A stretch of 64,000 nt of DNA from the human T2T-CHM13v2.0 reference genome, Homo sapiens, in assembly GCF_009914755.1 (NCBI RefSeq), contig NC_060933.1; one strand, written 5' to 3'. Position numbers and translations under genes: made by a program. This document shows, in pieces, positions 44,400 through 59,100 of this stretch (position 1 is its first letter; each line of letters begins with the position of its first letter). Under the pieces are notes generated by a model. That model did no database searches and was not told where the DNA came from. It saw nothing but the letters and a program-made list of their open reading frames with translations.

Positions 44400-47300
44400 T
44401 TCCATTGCATTCCATTCCATTCCATTCCCCTGTACTCGGGTTCATTCCATTCCATTCCATTCCAATCCATGCCATTCCACTCGTGTTGATTCCATTCTTT
44501 CCATTCCATTCAAGTTGAATCCATTCCATTGCATTCCATTCCATTCCATTCCCCTGCAGTCGGGTTGATTCCATTCCATTCCATTCCATTCCATTCCATT
44601 CCATTCCATTCCGTTCCGTTCCGTTCCGTTCCATTCCATTCCTTTCCATTCTATTCGGGTTAATTCCATTCCATTCCATTCCATTCCATTCCAATCGAGT
44701 TGATTCCATTCCATTCCATTCCATTCCATTCCACTCCATTCCAGTCCTTTCCATTCCATTCCACTCGGGTTGATTCCAATGTATTCCTTTCCATTCCGTT
44801 CCATTCCATTGCAATCTAGTTGATTCCATTTTTTGCATTCCATTCCATTCCATTCCATTCCGGATGATTCCATTCCATTGCATTCCATTCCATTCCATTC
44901 CCCTGCACTCGGGTTGATTCCATTCCTTTCCACTCCATTCCGTTCCATTCCATTCCATTCCATTGTATTCGGGTTAATTCCATTCCATTCCATTCCATTC
45001 CATTACATTCGAGTTGATTCCATTCCATTCCATTCCATTCCATTCCATTCCATTCCATTCCAGTCATTTCCATTCCATTCCACTCGGGTTGATTCCATTC
45101 TATTAGTTTCCATTCCATTCCATTCCCTTCCATTCCAGTCTGGTTGATTCCATTCCTTTCCATTCCACTCGAATACATTCCCTCCTATTCCACTCGGAAC
45201 GATTCCATTCCATTCCATTCCATTCCATTCCATTCAATTTCGTTCCATTCCATTCTATTCCGTATCATTCCATTCCATTCCGTTCCATTCCATTCCATTC
45301 CATTCCACTCGTGTTGATTCCATTCCTTTCCATTCCATTCGGTTTGAAGGCATTCCATTCCATTCCATTCCATTCCATTCCATTCCATTGTACTCGGGTT
45401 CATTCCATTCCATTGCATTCCATTCCATTCCATTCCATTCCATTCCGTTGCATTCCATTCCATTACAATCGGATTGATTCTATTCAACTCCCTTACTCTC
45501 CATTACATTCCATTCCATTCGGGTTGTTCCATTCCATTCCATTCCATTCCACTCCATTCCATTGCACTCGGGTTGATTCCATTCCATTCCATTCCATTCC
45601 ATTCCATTCCATTCCATTCCGGATGATTCCATTCCATTGCATTCCGTTCCATTACATTCCCCTGCACTCGCGTTGATTCCATTCCATTCCATTCCATTCC
45701 ATTCCATTACAATTCTTTCCATTCCATTCTATTCCGTACCATTCCATTCCATTCCATACCATTCCATTCCATTCCATTCCGTTCCATTCCGTTCCATTCC
45801 GTTCCATTCCGTTCCATTCCATTCCATTCCATTCCAATCCATTCCATTCTATTCGGGTTAATTCCATTCCATTCCATTCCATTCCATTCTATTCCATTCC
45901 ATTGCAATAGAATTGAATCCATTGTATTTCATTCCATTCCATTCCATTACATTCCATTCCGGAAGATTCCATTCCATTGCATTCCATTCCATTCCATTCC
46001 CCTGCACTCGCGTTTATTCCATTGCATTCCATTCCATTCCATTCCATTCCATTCCATTCCATTCCGTTCCGTTCCGTTCCGTTCCGTTCCGTTCCATTCC
46101 ATTCCATTCCGTTCCGTTCCGTTCCGTTCCGTTCCGTTCCATTCCATTCCATTCCATTCTATTCGGGTTAATTCCATTCCATTCCATTCGATTGCAATCG
46201 TGTTGATTCCATTCCATTCCATTCCATTCCATTCCGTTCCATTCCATTCCATTCCTTTCCATTCCATTACGGATGATTCCATTCCATTGCATTCCATTCC
46301 ATTCCATTCCCCTGTACTCGGGTTGATTCCATTCCATTGCATTCCAATCCATGCCCTTCCACTCGTGTGGATTCCATTCTTTCCATTCCATTCAAGTTGA
46401 ATCCATTCCATTGCATTCCATTCCGTTCGATTCCATTCGATTGCACTCGGGTTGATTCCATTCCATTGCATTCCATTCCATTCCATTCCATTCCATTCCA
46501 TTCCATTCCATTCCGTTCCATTCCATTCCATTACATTCGTATTGATTCTATTCAATTCCCTTACACTCCATTACATTCCATTCCATTCGGGTAGTTTCCG
46601 TTCCATTCCATTCCATTCCTCTCCATTCCATTGCACTCCGGTTGATTCCATTCCATTGCTTCCCATTCCATTCCATTCAATTCCATTCCGTTCCATTCCA
46701 TTCCATTACATTCGGATTGATTCTATTCAACTCCCTTAGTCTCCATTACATTCCATTCCATTCGGGTTGTTCCATTCCATTCCATTCCATTCCATTCAAT
46801 TCCATTCCATTCCGGAAGATTCCATTCCATTGCATTGCATTCCATTCCATTCCCCTGCACTAGCGTTGATTCCAATCCATTCCATTCCATTCCATTCCAT
46901 TCCATTCCATTCCATTCCATTCCTTTCCATTCCATTCCATTCCATTCCGTTCCATTCCGTTCCGTTCCGTTCCGTTCCATTCCATTCCATTCCATTCTAT
47001 TCGGGTTAATTCCATTCCATTCCATTCGATTGCAGTCGAGTTGATTCCATTCCATTCCATTGCATTCCATTCCATTCCTTTCCATTCCATTACGGAAGAT
47101 TCCATTCCATTGCATTCCATTCCATTCCATTCCCCTGTACTCGGGTTGATTCCATTCCATTCCATTCCAATCCATGCCATTCCACTCGTGTTGATTCCAT
47201 TCTTTCCATTCCATTCAAGTTGAATCCATTCCATTGCATTCCATTCCATTCCATTCCCCTGTAGTCGGGTTGATTCCATTCCATTCCATTCCATTCCATT

Positions 47301-50300
47301 CCATTCCATTCCAATCAAGTTGATTCCATTCCATTCCATTCCATTCCATTCCATTCCATTCCACTCCATTCCAGTCCTTTCCATTCCATTCCACTCGGGT
47401 TGATTCCAATGTATTCCTTTCCATTCCATTCCATTCCATTGCAATCGAGTTGATTCCATTGCTTTGCATTCCATTCCATTCCATTCCATTCCGGATGATT
47501 CCATTCCATTGCATTCCATTCCATTCCATTCCACTGCACTCGGGTTGATTCCATTCCATTCCACTCCATTCCATTCCATTCCATTCCATTATATTGTATT
47601 CGGGTTAATTCCATTCCATTCCGTTCCATTCCATTCCATTCCATTACAATAGAGTTGATTCCATTCCATTCCATTCCATTCCAGTCCTTTCCATTCCAAT
47701 CCACTCGGGTTGATTCCATTCTATTAGTTTCCATTCCATTCCATTCCCTTCCATTCCACTCTGGTTGATTGCATTCCTTTCCATTCCACTCGAATACATT
47801 CCCTCCTATTCCACTCGGAACGATTCCATTCCATTCCATTGCATTCCATTCCATTCCATTCCATTCCATTTCGTTCCATTCCATTCTATTCCGTATCATT
47901 CCATTCCATTCCTTTCCATTCCATTCCATTCCATTGTACTCGGGTTGATTCCATTCCATTGCATTCCATTCCATTCCATTCCATTCCATTCCGTTGCATT
48001 CCATTCCATTATATTCGGATTGATTCTATTCAACTCCCTTACTCTCCATTACATTCCATTCCATTCGGGTTGTTCCATTCCATTCCATTCCATTCCACTC
48101 CATTCCATTGCACTCGGGTTGATTCCATTCCATTCCATTCCATTCCATTCCATTCCATTCCGGAAGATTCCATTCCATAGAATTCCATTCCATTCCATTC
48201 CCCTGCACTCGCGTTGATTCCATTCCATTCCATTCCATTCCATTCCATTCCATTCCATTCCTTTCCGTTCCATTCCATTCCATTCCATTCCATTCCATTC
48301 CATTCCGTTGCGTTCCATTCCATTCCATTCCATTCCATTCCATTGCATTCCATTCGGGTTAATTCCATTCCAATCCATTCGATTGCAATCGAGTTGATTC
48401 CATTCCATTCCATTCCATTCCATTCCATTCCATTCCATTCCATTCCTTTCCATTCCATTACGGATGATTCCATTCCATTGCATTCCATTCCATTCCATTC
48501 CCCTGTACTCGGGTTCATTCCATTCCATTCCATTCAAATCCATGCCATTCCACTCGTGTTGATTCCATTCTTTCCATTCCATTCAAGTTGAATCCATTCC
48601 ATTGCATTCCATTCCATTCCATTCCCCTGCAGTCGGGTTGATTCCATTCCATTCCATTCCATTCCATTCCATTCCATTCCATTCCATTCCGTTCCGTTCC
48701 ATTCCGTTCCATTCCATTCCTTTCCATTCTATTCGGGTTAATTCCATTCCATTCCATTCCATTCCATTCCATTCCATTCCAATCGAGTTGATTCCATTCC
48801 ATTCCATTCCATTCCATTCCACTCCATTCCAGTCCTTTCCATTCCATTCCACTCGGGTTGATTCCAATGTATTCCTTTCCATTCCGTTCCATTCCATTGC
48901 AATCGAGTTGATTCCATTTTTTGAATTCCATTCCATTCCATTCCATTCCGGATGATTCCATTCCATTGCATTCCATTCCATTCCATTCCCCTGCACTCGG
49001 GTTGATTCCATTCCTTTCCACTCCATTCCGTTCCATTCCATTCCATTCCATTGTATTCGGGTTAATTCCATTCCATTCCATTACATTCGAGTTGATTCCA
49101 TTCCATTCCATTCCATTCCATTCCATTCCTTTCCAGTCATTTCCATTCCATTCCACTCGGGTTGATTCCATTCTATTAGTTTCCATTCCATTCCATTCCC
49201 TTCCATTCCAGTCTGGTTGATTCCATTCCTTTCCATTCCACTCGAATACATTCCCTCCTATTCCACTCGGAACGATTCCATTCCATTCCATTCCATTCCA
49301 TTCCATTCAATTTCGTTCCATTCCATTCTATTCCGTATCATTCCATTCCATTCCGTTCCATTCCATTCCATTCCATTCCACTCGTGTTGATTCCATTCCT
49401 TTCCATTCCATTCGGTTTGAAGGCATTCCATTCCATTCCATTCCATTCCATTCCATTCCATTCCATTCCATTGTACTCGGGTTGATTCCATTCCATTGCA
49501 TTCCATTCCATTCCATTCCATTCCATTCCGTTGCATTCCATTCCATTACAATCGGATTGATTCTATTCAACTCCCTTACTCTCCATTACATTCCATTCCA
49601 TTCGGGTTGTTCCATTCCATTCCATTCCATTCCACTCCATTCCATTGCACTCGGGTTGATTCCATTCCATTCCATTCCATTCCATTCCATTCCATTCCAT
49701 TCCGGATGATTCCATTCCATTGCATTCTGTTCCATTACATTCCCCTGCACTCGCGTTGATTCGATTCCATTCCATTCCATTACAATTCTTTCCATTCCAT
49801 TCTATTCCGTACCATTCCATTCCATTCCATACCATTCCATTCCATTCCATTCCATTCCATTCCGTTCCATTCCGTTCCATTCCGTTCCATTCCATTCCAT
49901 TCCATTCCAATCCATTCCATTCTATTCGGGTTAATTCCATTCCATTCCATTCCATTCCATTCCATTCTATTCCATTCCATTGCAATCGAATTGAATCCAT
50001 TGTATTTCATTCCATTCCATTCCATTACATTCCATTCCGGAAGATTCCATTCCATTCCATTCGATTGCAATCGTGTTGATTCCATTCCATTCCATTCCAT
50101 TCCATTCCATTCCATTCCATTCCTTTCCATTCCATTACGGATGATTCCATTCCATTGCATTCCATTCCATTCCATTCCCCTGTACTCGGGTTGATTCCAT
50201 TCCATTGCATTCCAATCCATGCCCTTCCACTCGTGTTGATTCCATTCTTTCCATTCCATTCAAGTTGAATCCATTCCATTGCATTCCATTCCGTTCGATT

Positions 50301-52920
50301 CCATTCGATTGCACTCGGGTTGATTCCATTCCATTGCATTCCATTCCATTCCATTCCATTCCATTCCATTCCATTCCATTCCGTTCCATTCCATTCCATT
50401 ACATTCGTATTGATTCTATTCAATTCCCTTACACTCCATTACATTCCATTCCATTCGGGTAGTTTCCATTCCATTCCATTCCATTCCTCTCCATTCCATT
50501 GCACTCGGGTTGATTCCATTCCATTGCTTCCCATTCCATTCCATTCAATTCCATTCCGTTCCATTCCATTCCATTACATTCGGATTGATTCTATTCAACT
50601 CCCTTAGTCTCCATTACATTCCATTCCATTCGGGTTGTTCCATTCCATTCCATTCCATTCCATTCAATTCCATTCCATTCCGGAAGATTCCATTCCATTG
50701 CATTGCATTCCATTCCATTCCCCTGCACTAGCGTTGATTCCAATCCATTCCATTCCATTCCATTCCATTCCATTCCATTCCATTCCATTCCATTCCATTC
50801 CTTTCCATTCCATTCCATTCCATTCCATTCCGTTCCGTTCCGTTCCGTTCCGTTCCATTCCATTCCATTCCATTCTATTCGGGTTAATTCCATTCCATTC
50901 CATTCGATTGCAGTCGAGTTGATTCCATTCCATTCCATTCCATTCCATTCCATTCCTTTCCATTCCATTACGGAAGATTCCATTCCATTGCATTCCATTC
51001 CATTCCATTCCCCTGTACTCGGGTTGATTCCATTCCATTCCATTCTAATCCATGCCATTCCACTCGTGTTGATTCCATTCTTTCCATTCCATTCAAGTTG
51101 AATCCATTCCATTGCATTCCATTCCATTCCATTCCCCTGCAGTCGGGTTGATTCCATTCCATTCCATTCCATTCCATTCCATTCCATTCCAATCAAGTTG
51201 ATTCCATTCCATTCCATTCCATTCCATTCCATTCCATTCCACTCCATTCCAGTCCTTTCCATTCCATTCCACTCGGGTTGATTCCAATGTATTCCTTTCC
51301 ATTCCATTCCATTCCATTGCAATCGAGTTGATTCCATTGCTTTGCATTCCATTCCATTCCATTCCATTCCGGATGATTCCACTCCATTGCATTCCATTCC
51401 ATTCCATTCCCCTGCACTCGGGTTGATTCCATTCCATTCCACTCCATTCCATTCCATTCCATTCCATTATATTGTATTCGGGTTAATTCCATTCCATTCC
51501 ATTCCATTCCATTCCATTCCATTCTATTCCATTCCATTCCATTACAATCGAGTTGATTCCATTCCATTCCACTCCATTCCATTCCATTCCATTCCATTAT
51601 ATTGTATTCGGGTTAATTCCATTCCATTCCGTTCCATTCCATTCCATTCCATTACAATAGAGTTGATTCCATTCCATTCCATTCCATTCCAGTCCTTTCC
51701 ATTCCAATCCACTCGGGTTGATTCTATTCTATTAGTTTCCATTCCATTCCATTCCCTTCCATTCCACTCTGGTTGATTGCATTCCTTTCCATTCCACTCG
51801 AATACATTCCCTCCTATTCCACTCGGAACGATTCCATTCCATTCCATTCCATTCCATTCCATTCCATTCCATTCCATTTCGTTCCATTCCATTCTATTCC
51901 GTATCATTCCATTCCATTCCATTCCATTCCATTCCATTCCATTGTACTCGGGTTGATTCCATTCCATTGCATTCCATTCCATTCCATTCCATTCCATTCC
52001 GTTGCATTCCATTCCATTATATTCGGATTGATTCTATTCAACTCCCTTACTCTCCATTACATTCCATTCCATTCGGGTTGTTCCATTCCATTCCATTCCA
52101 TTCCACTCCATTCCATTGCACTCGGGTTGATTCCATTCCATTCCATTCCATTCCATTCCATTCCATTCTGGAAGATTCCATTCCATAGAATTCCATTCCA
52201 TTCCATTCCCCTGCACTCGCGTTGATTCCATTCCATTCCATTCCATTCCATTCCATTCGAATCCATTCCTTTCCGTTCCATTCCATTCCATTCCATTCCA
52301 TTCCATTCCGTTGCGTTCCATTCCATTCCATTCCATTCCATTCCATTGCATTCCATTCGGGTTAATTCCATTCCAATCCATTCGATTGCAATCGAGTTGA
52401 ATCCATTCCATTCGATTCCATTCCATTCCATTCCATTCCATTCCATTCCTTTCCATTCCATTACGGATGATTCCATTCCATTGCATTCCATTCCATTCCA
52501 TTCCCCTGTACTCGGGTTCATTCCATTCCATTCCATTCAAATCCATGCCATTCCACTCGTGTTGATTCCATTCTTTCCATTCCATTCAAGTTGAATCCAT
52601 TCCATTGCATTCCATTCCATTCCATTCCCCTGCAGTCGGGTTGATTCCATTCCATTCCATTCCATTCCATTCCATTCCATTCCATTCCGTTCCGTTCCAT
52701 TCCGTTCCATTCCATTCCTTTCCATTCTATTCGGGTTAATTCCATTCCATTCCATTCCATTCCATTCCATTCCATTCCAATCGAGTTGATTCCATTCCAT
52801 TCCATTCCATTCCATTCCACTCCATTCCAGTCCTTTCCATTCCATTGTACTCGGGTTGATTCCAATGTATTCCTTTCCATTCCATTCCATTCCATTGCAA
52901 TCGAGTTGATTCCATTGCTT
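44400..52920 (+). repeat. Tandem duplication, unit about 4.0 kb (about 2.1 copies: 44.4-48.4, 48.4-52.4 kb, partial third)
   Basis: Private variants recur at offsets 3868-4088: CCAGTCATTTCC, CATTACAATCGG, GAATTGAATCCATTGTATTTC, ACATTCGTATTG, CCATAGAATTCC (EcoRI 48180/52188), CCGTTGCGTTCC and CATTCAAATCC (48531/52534). Confidence 0.92.
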
Positions 52921-55900
52921 TGCATTGCATTCCATTCCATTCCATTCCGGATGATTCCATTCCATTGCATTCCATTCCATTCCATTCCGCTGCACTCGGG
53001 TTGATTCCATTCCATTCCACTCCATTCCGTTCCATTCCATTCCATTCCATTTTATTCGGGTTAATTCCATTCCATTCCATTCCATTCCATTCCATTCTAT
53101 TCCATTCCATTCCATTACAATCGAGTTGATTCCATTCCATTCCATTCCATTCCATTCCAGTCCTTTCCATTCCATTCCACTCGGGTTGATTCCATTCTAT
53201 TAATTTCCATTCCATTCCATTCCCTTCCATTCCAATCTGGTTGATTCCATTCCTTTCCATTCCACTCGAATACATTCCCTCCTATTCCACTCGGAACGAT
53301 TCCATTCCATTCCATTCCATTCCATTCCATTCCATTCCATTCCAGTTCGTTCCATTCCGTTCTATTCCGTACCATTCCATTCCATTCCATTCCTTTCCAT
53401 TCCATTCCTTTCCACTCGTGTTGATTCCATTCCTTTCCATTCCATTCGGTTTGAAGGCATTCCATTCCATTCAATTCCATTCCATTCCATTCCTTTCCAT
53501 TCCATTCTATTCCATTCCATTGCAATCGAGTTGAATCCATTGCCTTTCATTCCATTCCATTCCATTCCATTCCATTCCGGAAGATTCCATTCCATTGCAT
53601 TCCATTCCATTCCGTTCCCCTGCACTCGCGTTGATTCCATTCCATTCCATTCCATTCCATTCCGTTCCGTTCCATTCCATTCCATTCCATTCCATTCCAT
53701 TCCATTCCGTTCCGTTCCATTCCATTCCATTCCATTCTATTCGAGTTAATTCCATTCCATTCCATTCGATTGCCATCGAGTTGATTCCATTCCATTCCAT
53801 TCCATTCCATTCCATTCCATTCCATTCCTTTCCATTCCATTACGGATGACTCCATTCCATTGCATTCCATTCCATTCCATTCCCCTGTATTCGGGTTGAT
53901 TCCATTCCATTCCATTCCACTCCATTCGGTTCCGTTGCATTCCATTCTATTGCATTCCATTCTATTCGGGTTAATTCCATTCCATTCTATTCCATTCCAT
54001 TCCATTCCATTCCATTGCAATCGAGTTGATTCCATTGCTTTTTATTCCATTCCATTCCATTCCATTCCATTCCGGATGATTCCATTCCATTGCATTCCAT
54101 TCCATTCCATTCCCCTGCACTCGTGTTGATTCCATTCCCTTCCATTCCATTCCATTCCGTTCCATTCCATTCCATTCCATTCTATTCCGGTTAATTCCAT
54201 TCCATTCCATTCCATTCCATTGCAATCGAGTTGATTCCATTCCATTCCTTTCCATTCCATTCCATTGCCTTGCATTCCACTCGGGTTGATTCCATTCCCT
54301 TCTTTCCACTCCATTACATTCCCTTCCATTCCACTCGGAATGATTGATTCCATTCCATTCCATTCCATTTCATTCCATTGCAATCCATTCCAATCCATTC
54401 CATTCCATTCCATTCCACTCGAGTTGATTTCATTCCATTCCTTTCCATTCCATTCCATTCCTTTCCACTCGAGTTGATTCCATTCCATTCCATTCCATTG
54501 CATTCCATTCCATGCCATTCCACTCGGGTTGATTCCATTCCTTTGCATTCCATTCCATTCCATTCCATTCTATTCCATTCCGTTGCATTCCATTCCATTA
54601 CATTCGGATTGATTCTATTCAACTCCCTTACTGTCCATTACATTCCATTCCATTCGGGTTGTTCCATTCCATTCCATTCCATTCCACTCCATTCCATTGC
54701 ACTCGGGTTGATTCCATTCCATTCCATTCCATTCCATTCCATTCCATTCCGAATGATTCCATTCCATTGCATTCCGTTCCATTACATTCCCCTGCACTCG
54801 CGTTGATTCCATTCCATTCCATTCCATTCCATTCAATTCCATTCTATTACAATTCGTTCCATTCCATTCTATTCCGTACTATTCCATTCCATTCCATACC
54901 ATTCCATTCCATTCCATTCCATTCCATTCCATTGCGTTCCATTCCGTTCCATTCCATTCCATTCTATTCGGGTTAATTCCATTCCATTCCATTCCATTCC
55001 ATTCTATACCATTCCATTGCAATCGGGTTGAATCCATTGCATTTCATTCCATTCCATTCCATTCCATTGCATTCCGAAAGATTCCATTCCATTGCATTCC
55101 ATTCCATTCCATTCCCCTGCACTCGCGTTGATTCCATTCCATTCCATTCCATTCCATTCCATTCCATTCCGTTCCGTTCCATTCCATTCCATTCCATTCC
55201 ATTCCATTCCTTTCCATTCCATTACGGATGATTCCATTCCATTGCATTCCATTCCATTCCATTCCCCTGTACTCGGGTTGATTCCATTCCATTGCATTCC
55301 AATCCATGCCCTTCCACTCGTGTTCATTCCATTCTTTCCATTCCATTCAAGTTGAATCCATTCCATTGTATTCCATTCCATTCGATTCCATTCGATTGCA
55401 CTCGGGTTGATTCCATTCCATTGCATTCCATTCCATTCCATTCCATTCCATTCCGTTCCATTCCATTCCATTACATTCGGATTGATTCTATTCAATTCCC
55501 TTACATTCCATTACATTCCATTCCATTCGGGTAGTTTCCATTCCATTCCATTCCATTCCTCTCCATTCCATTTCACTCGGGTTGATTCCATTCCATTGCA
55601 TTCCATTCCATTCCATTCAATTCCATTCCGTTCCATTCCATTCCATTACATTCGGATTGACTCTATTCAACTCCCTTACTCTCCATTACATTCCATTGCA
55701 TTCGGGTTGTTCCATTCCATTGCATTCCATTCCACTCCATTCCATTGCACTCGGGTTTATTCCATTCCATTCCATTCCATTCCATTCCATTCCATTCCAT
55801 TCCGGAAGATTCCATTCCATTGCATTCCATTCCATTCCATTCCCCTGCACTCGCGTTGATTCCATTCCATTCCATTCCATTCCATTCCATTCCATTCCAT

Positions 55901-56119
55901 TCCTTTCCGTTCCATTCCATTCCATTCCATTCCATTCCATTCCGTTCCGTTCCGTTCCGTTCCGTTCCGTTCCATTCCATTCCATTGCATTCTATTCGGG
56001 TTAACTCCATTCCATTCCATTCGATTGCAATCGAGTTGATTCCATTCCATTCCATTCCATTCCATTCCATTCAATTCCATTCCATTCCATTCCATTCCAT
56101 TCCATTCCATTCCATTCCT

Positions 56120-59100
56120 TTCCATTCCATTACGGATGATTCCATTCCATTGCATTCCATTCCATTCCATTCCCCTGTACTCGGGTTGATTCCATTCCAT
56201 TCCATTCCAATCCATGCCATTCCACTCGTGTTGATTCCATTCTTTCCATTCCATTCAAGTTGAATCCATTCCATTGCATTCCATTCCATTCCATTCCCCT
56301 GCAGTCGGGTTGATTCCATTCCATTCCATTCCATTCCACTCCATTCCATTCCATTCCATTCCATTATATTTTATTCGGGTTAATTCCATTCCATTCCATT
56401 CCATTCCATTCCATTCCATTCCATTACAATCGAGTTGATTCCACTCCATTCCATTCCATTCCAGTCCTTTCCATTCCAATCCACTCGGGTTGATTCCATT
56501 CTATTAGTTTCCATTCCATTCCATTCCCTTCCATTCCACTCTGGTTGATTCCATTCCTTTCCATTCCACTCGAATAGATTCCCTCCTATTCCACTCGGAA
56601 CGATTCCATTCCATTCCATTCCATTCCATTCCATTCCATTTCGTACCATTCCATTCTATTCCGTATCATTCCATTCCATTCCATTCCATTCCATTCCATT
56701 CCATTCCATTCCATTCCATTCCATTGTACTCGGGTTGATTCCATTCCATTGCATTCCATTCCATTCCATTCCATTCCATTCCATTCCATTCCGTTGCATT
56801 CCATTCCATTACATTCGGATTGATTCTATTCAACTCCCTTACTCTCCATTACATTCCATTCCATTCGGGTTGTTCCATTCCATTCCATTCCATTCCACTC
56901 CATTGCATTGCACTCGGGTTGATTCCATTCCATTCCATTCCATTCCATTCCATTCCGGATGATTCCATTCCATTGCATTCCATTCCATTACATTCCCCTG
57001 CACTCGCGTTGATTCCATTCCATTCCATTCCATTCCATTCAATTCCATTCCATTACAATTAGTTCCATTCCATTCTATTCCGTACCATTCCATTCCATTC
57101 CATACCATTCCATTCCATTCCATTCCGTTCCATTCCGTTCCATTCCATTCCATTCCATTCTATTCGGATTAATTCCATTCCATTCCATTCCATTCCATTC
57201 TATTCCATTCCATTGCAATCGAGTTGAATCCATTGCATTTCATTCCATTCCATTCCATTCCATTCCATTCCATTCCATTCCGGAAGTTTCCATTCCATTG
57301 CATTCCATTCCATTCCATTCCATTCCGTTCCGTTCCATTCCATTCCATTCCATTCCGTTCCGTTCCATTCTATTCCACTGCATTCTATTCTGGTTAATTC
57401 CATTCCATTCCATTCGATTGCAATCGAGTTGATTCCATTCCATTCCATTCCATTCCATTCCATTCCATTCCATTCCTTTCCATTCCATTACGGATGATTC
57501 CATTCCATTGCATTCCATTCCATTCCATTCCCCTGTACTCAGGTTGATTCCATTCCATTCCATTCCAATCCATGCCATTCCACTCGTGTTGATTCCATTC
57601 TTTCCATTCCATTCAAGTTGAATACATTCCATTGCATTCCATTCCATTCCATTCCCCTGCAGTCGGGTTGATTCCATTCCATTCCATTCCATTCCATTCC
57701 ATTCCATTCCAATCAAGTTGATTCCATTCCATTCCATTCCATTCCATTCCATTCCATTCCACTCCATTCCAGTCCTTTCCATTCCATTCCACTCGGGTTG
57801 ATTCCAATGTATTCCTTTCCATTCCATTCCATTCCATTGCAATCGAGTTGATTCCATTGCTTTGCATTCCATTCCATTCCATTCCATTCCGGATGATTCC
57901 ATTCCATTGCATTCCATTCCATTCCATTCCCCTGCACTCGGGTTGATTCCATTCCATTCCACTCCATTCCATTCCATTCCATTCCATTCCATTCTATTGT
58001 ATTCGGGTTAATTCCATTCTATTCCATTCCATTCCATTCCATTCCATTCCATTCCATTCCATTACAATCGAGTTGATTCCATTCCATTCCATTCCATTCC
58101 AGTCCTTTCCATTCCATTCCTCTCGGGTTGATTCCATTCTATTAGTTTCCATTCCATTGCATTCCCTTCCATTCCACTCTGGTTGATTCCATTCCTTTCC
58201 ATTCCACTCGAATACATTCCCTCCTATTCCACTCGGAACGATTCCATTCCATTCCATTCCATTCCATTCCATTCCATTCCATTCCATTGTACTCGGGTTT
58301 ATTCCATTCCATTGCATTCCATTCCATTCCATTCCATTCCATTCCGTTGCATTCCATTCCATTACATTCGGATTGATTCTATTCAACTCCCTTACTCTCC
58401 ATTACATTCCATTCCATTCGGGTTGTTCCATTCCATTCCATTCCATTCAACTCCATTCCATTGCACTCGGGTTGATTCCATTCCATTCCATTCCATTCCA
58501 TTCCATTCCATTCCATTCCATTCCGAATGATTCCATTCCATTGCATTCCGTTCCATTACATTCCCCTGCACTCGCGTTGATTCCATTCCATTCCATTCCA
58601 TTCCATTCCATTCCATTCAATTCCATTCCATTACAATTCGTTCCATTCCATTGTATTCCGTACCATTCCATTCCATTCCGTACCATTCCATTCCATTCTA
58701 TTCGGGTTAATTCCATTCCATTCCATTCCATTCCATTCTATTCCATTCCATTGCAATCGAGTTGAATCCATTGCATTTCATTCCATTCCATTCCATTCCA
58801 TTCCATTCCATTCCGGAAGATTCCATTCCAATTCATTCCATTCCATTCCATTCCCCTGCACTCGCGTTGATTCCATTCCATTCCATTCCATTCCAATCCA
58901 TTCCATTCCGTTCCGTTCCATTCCTTTCCGTTCCATTCCATTCCATTCCATTCCTTTCCGTTCCATTCCATTCCATTCCATTCTATTCGGGTTAATTCCA
59001 TTCCATTCCATTCGATTGCAATCGAGTTGATTCCATTCCATTCCATTCCATTCCATTCCATTCCATTCCATTCCTTTCCATTCCATTACGGATGATTCCA

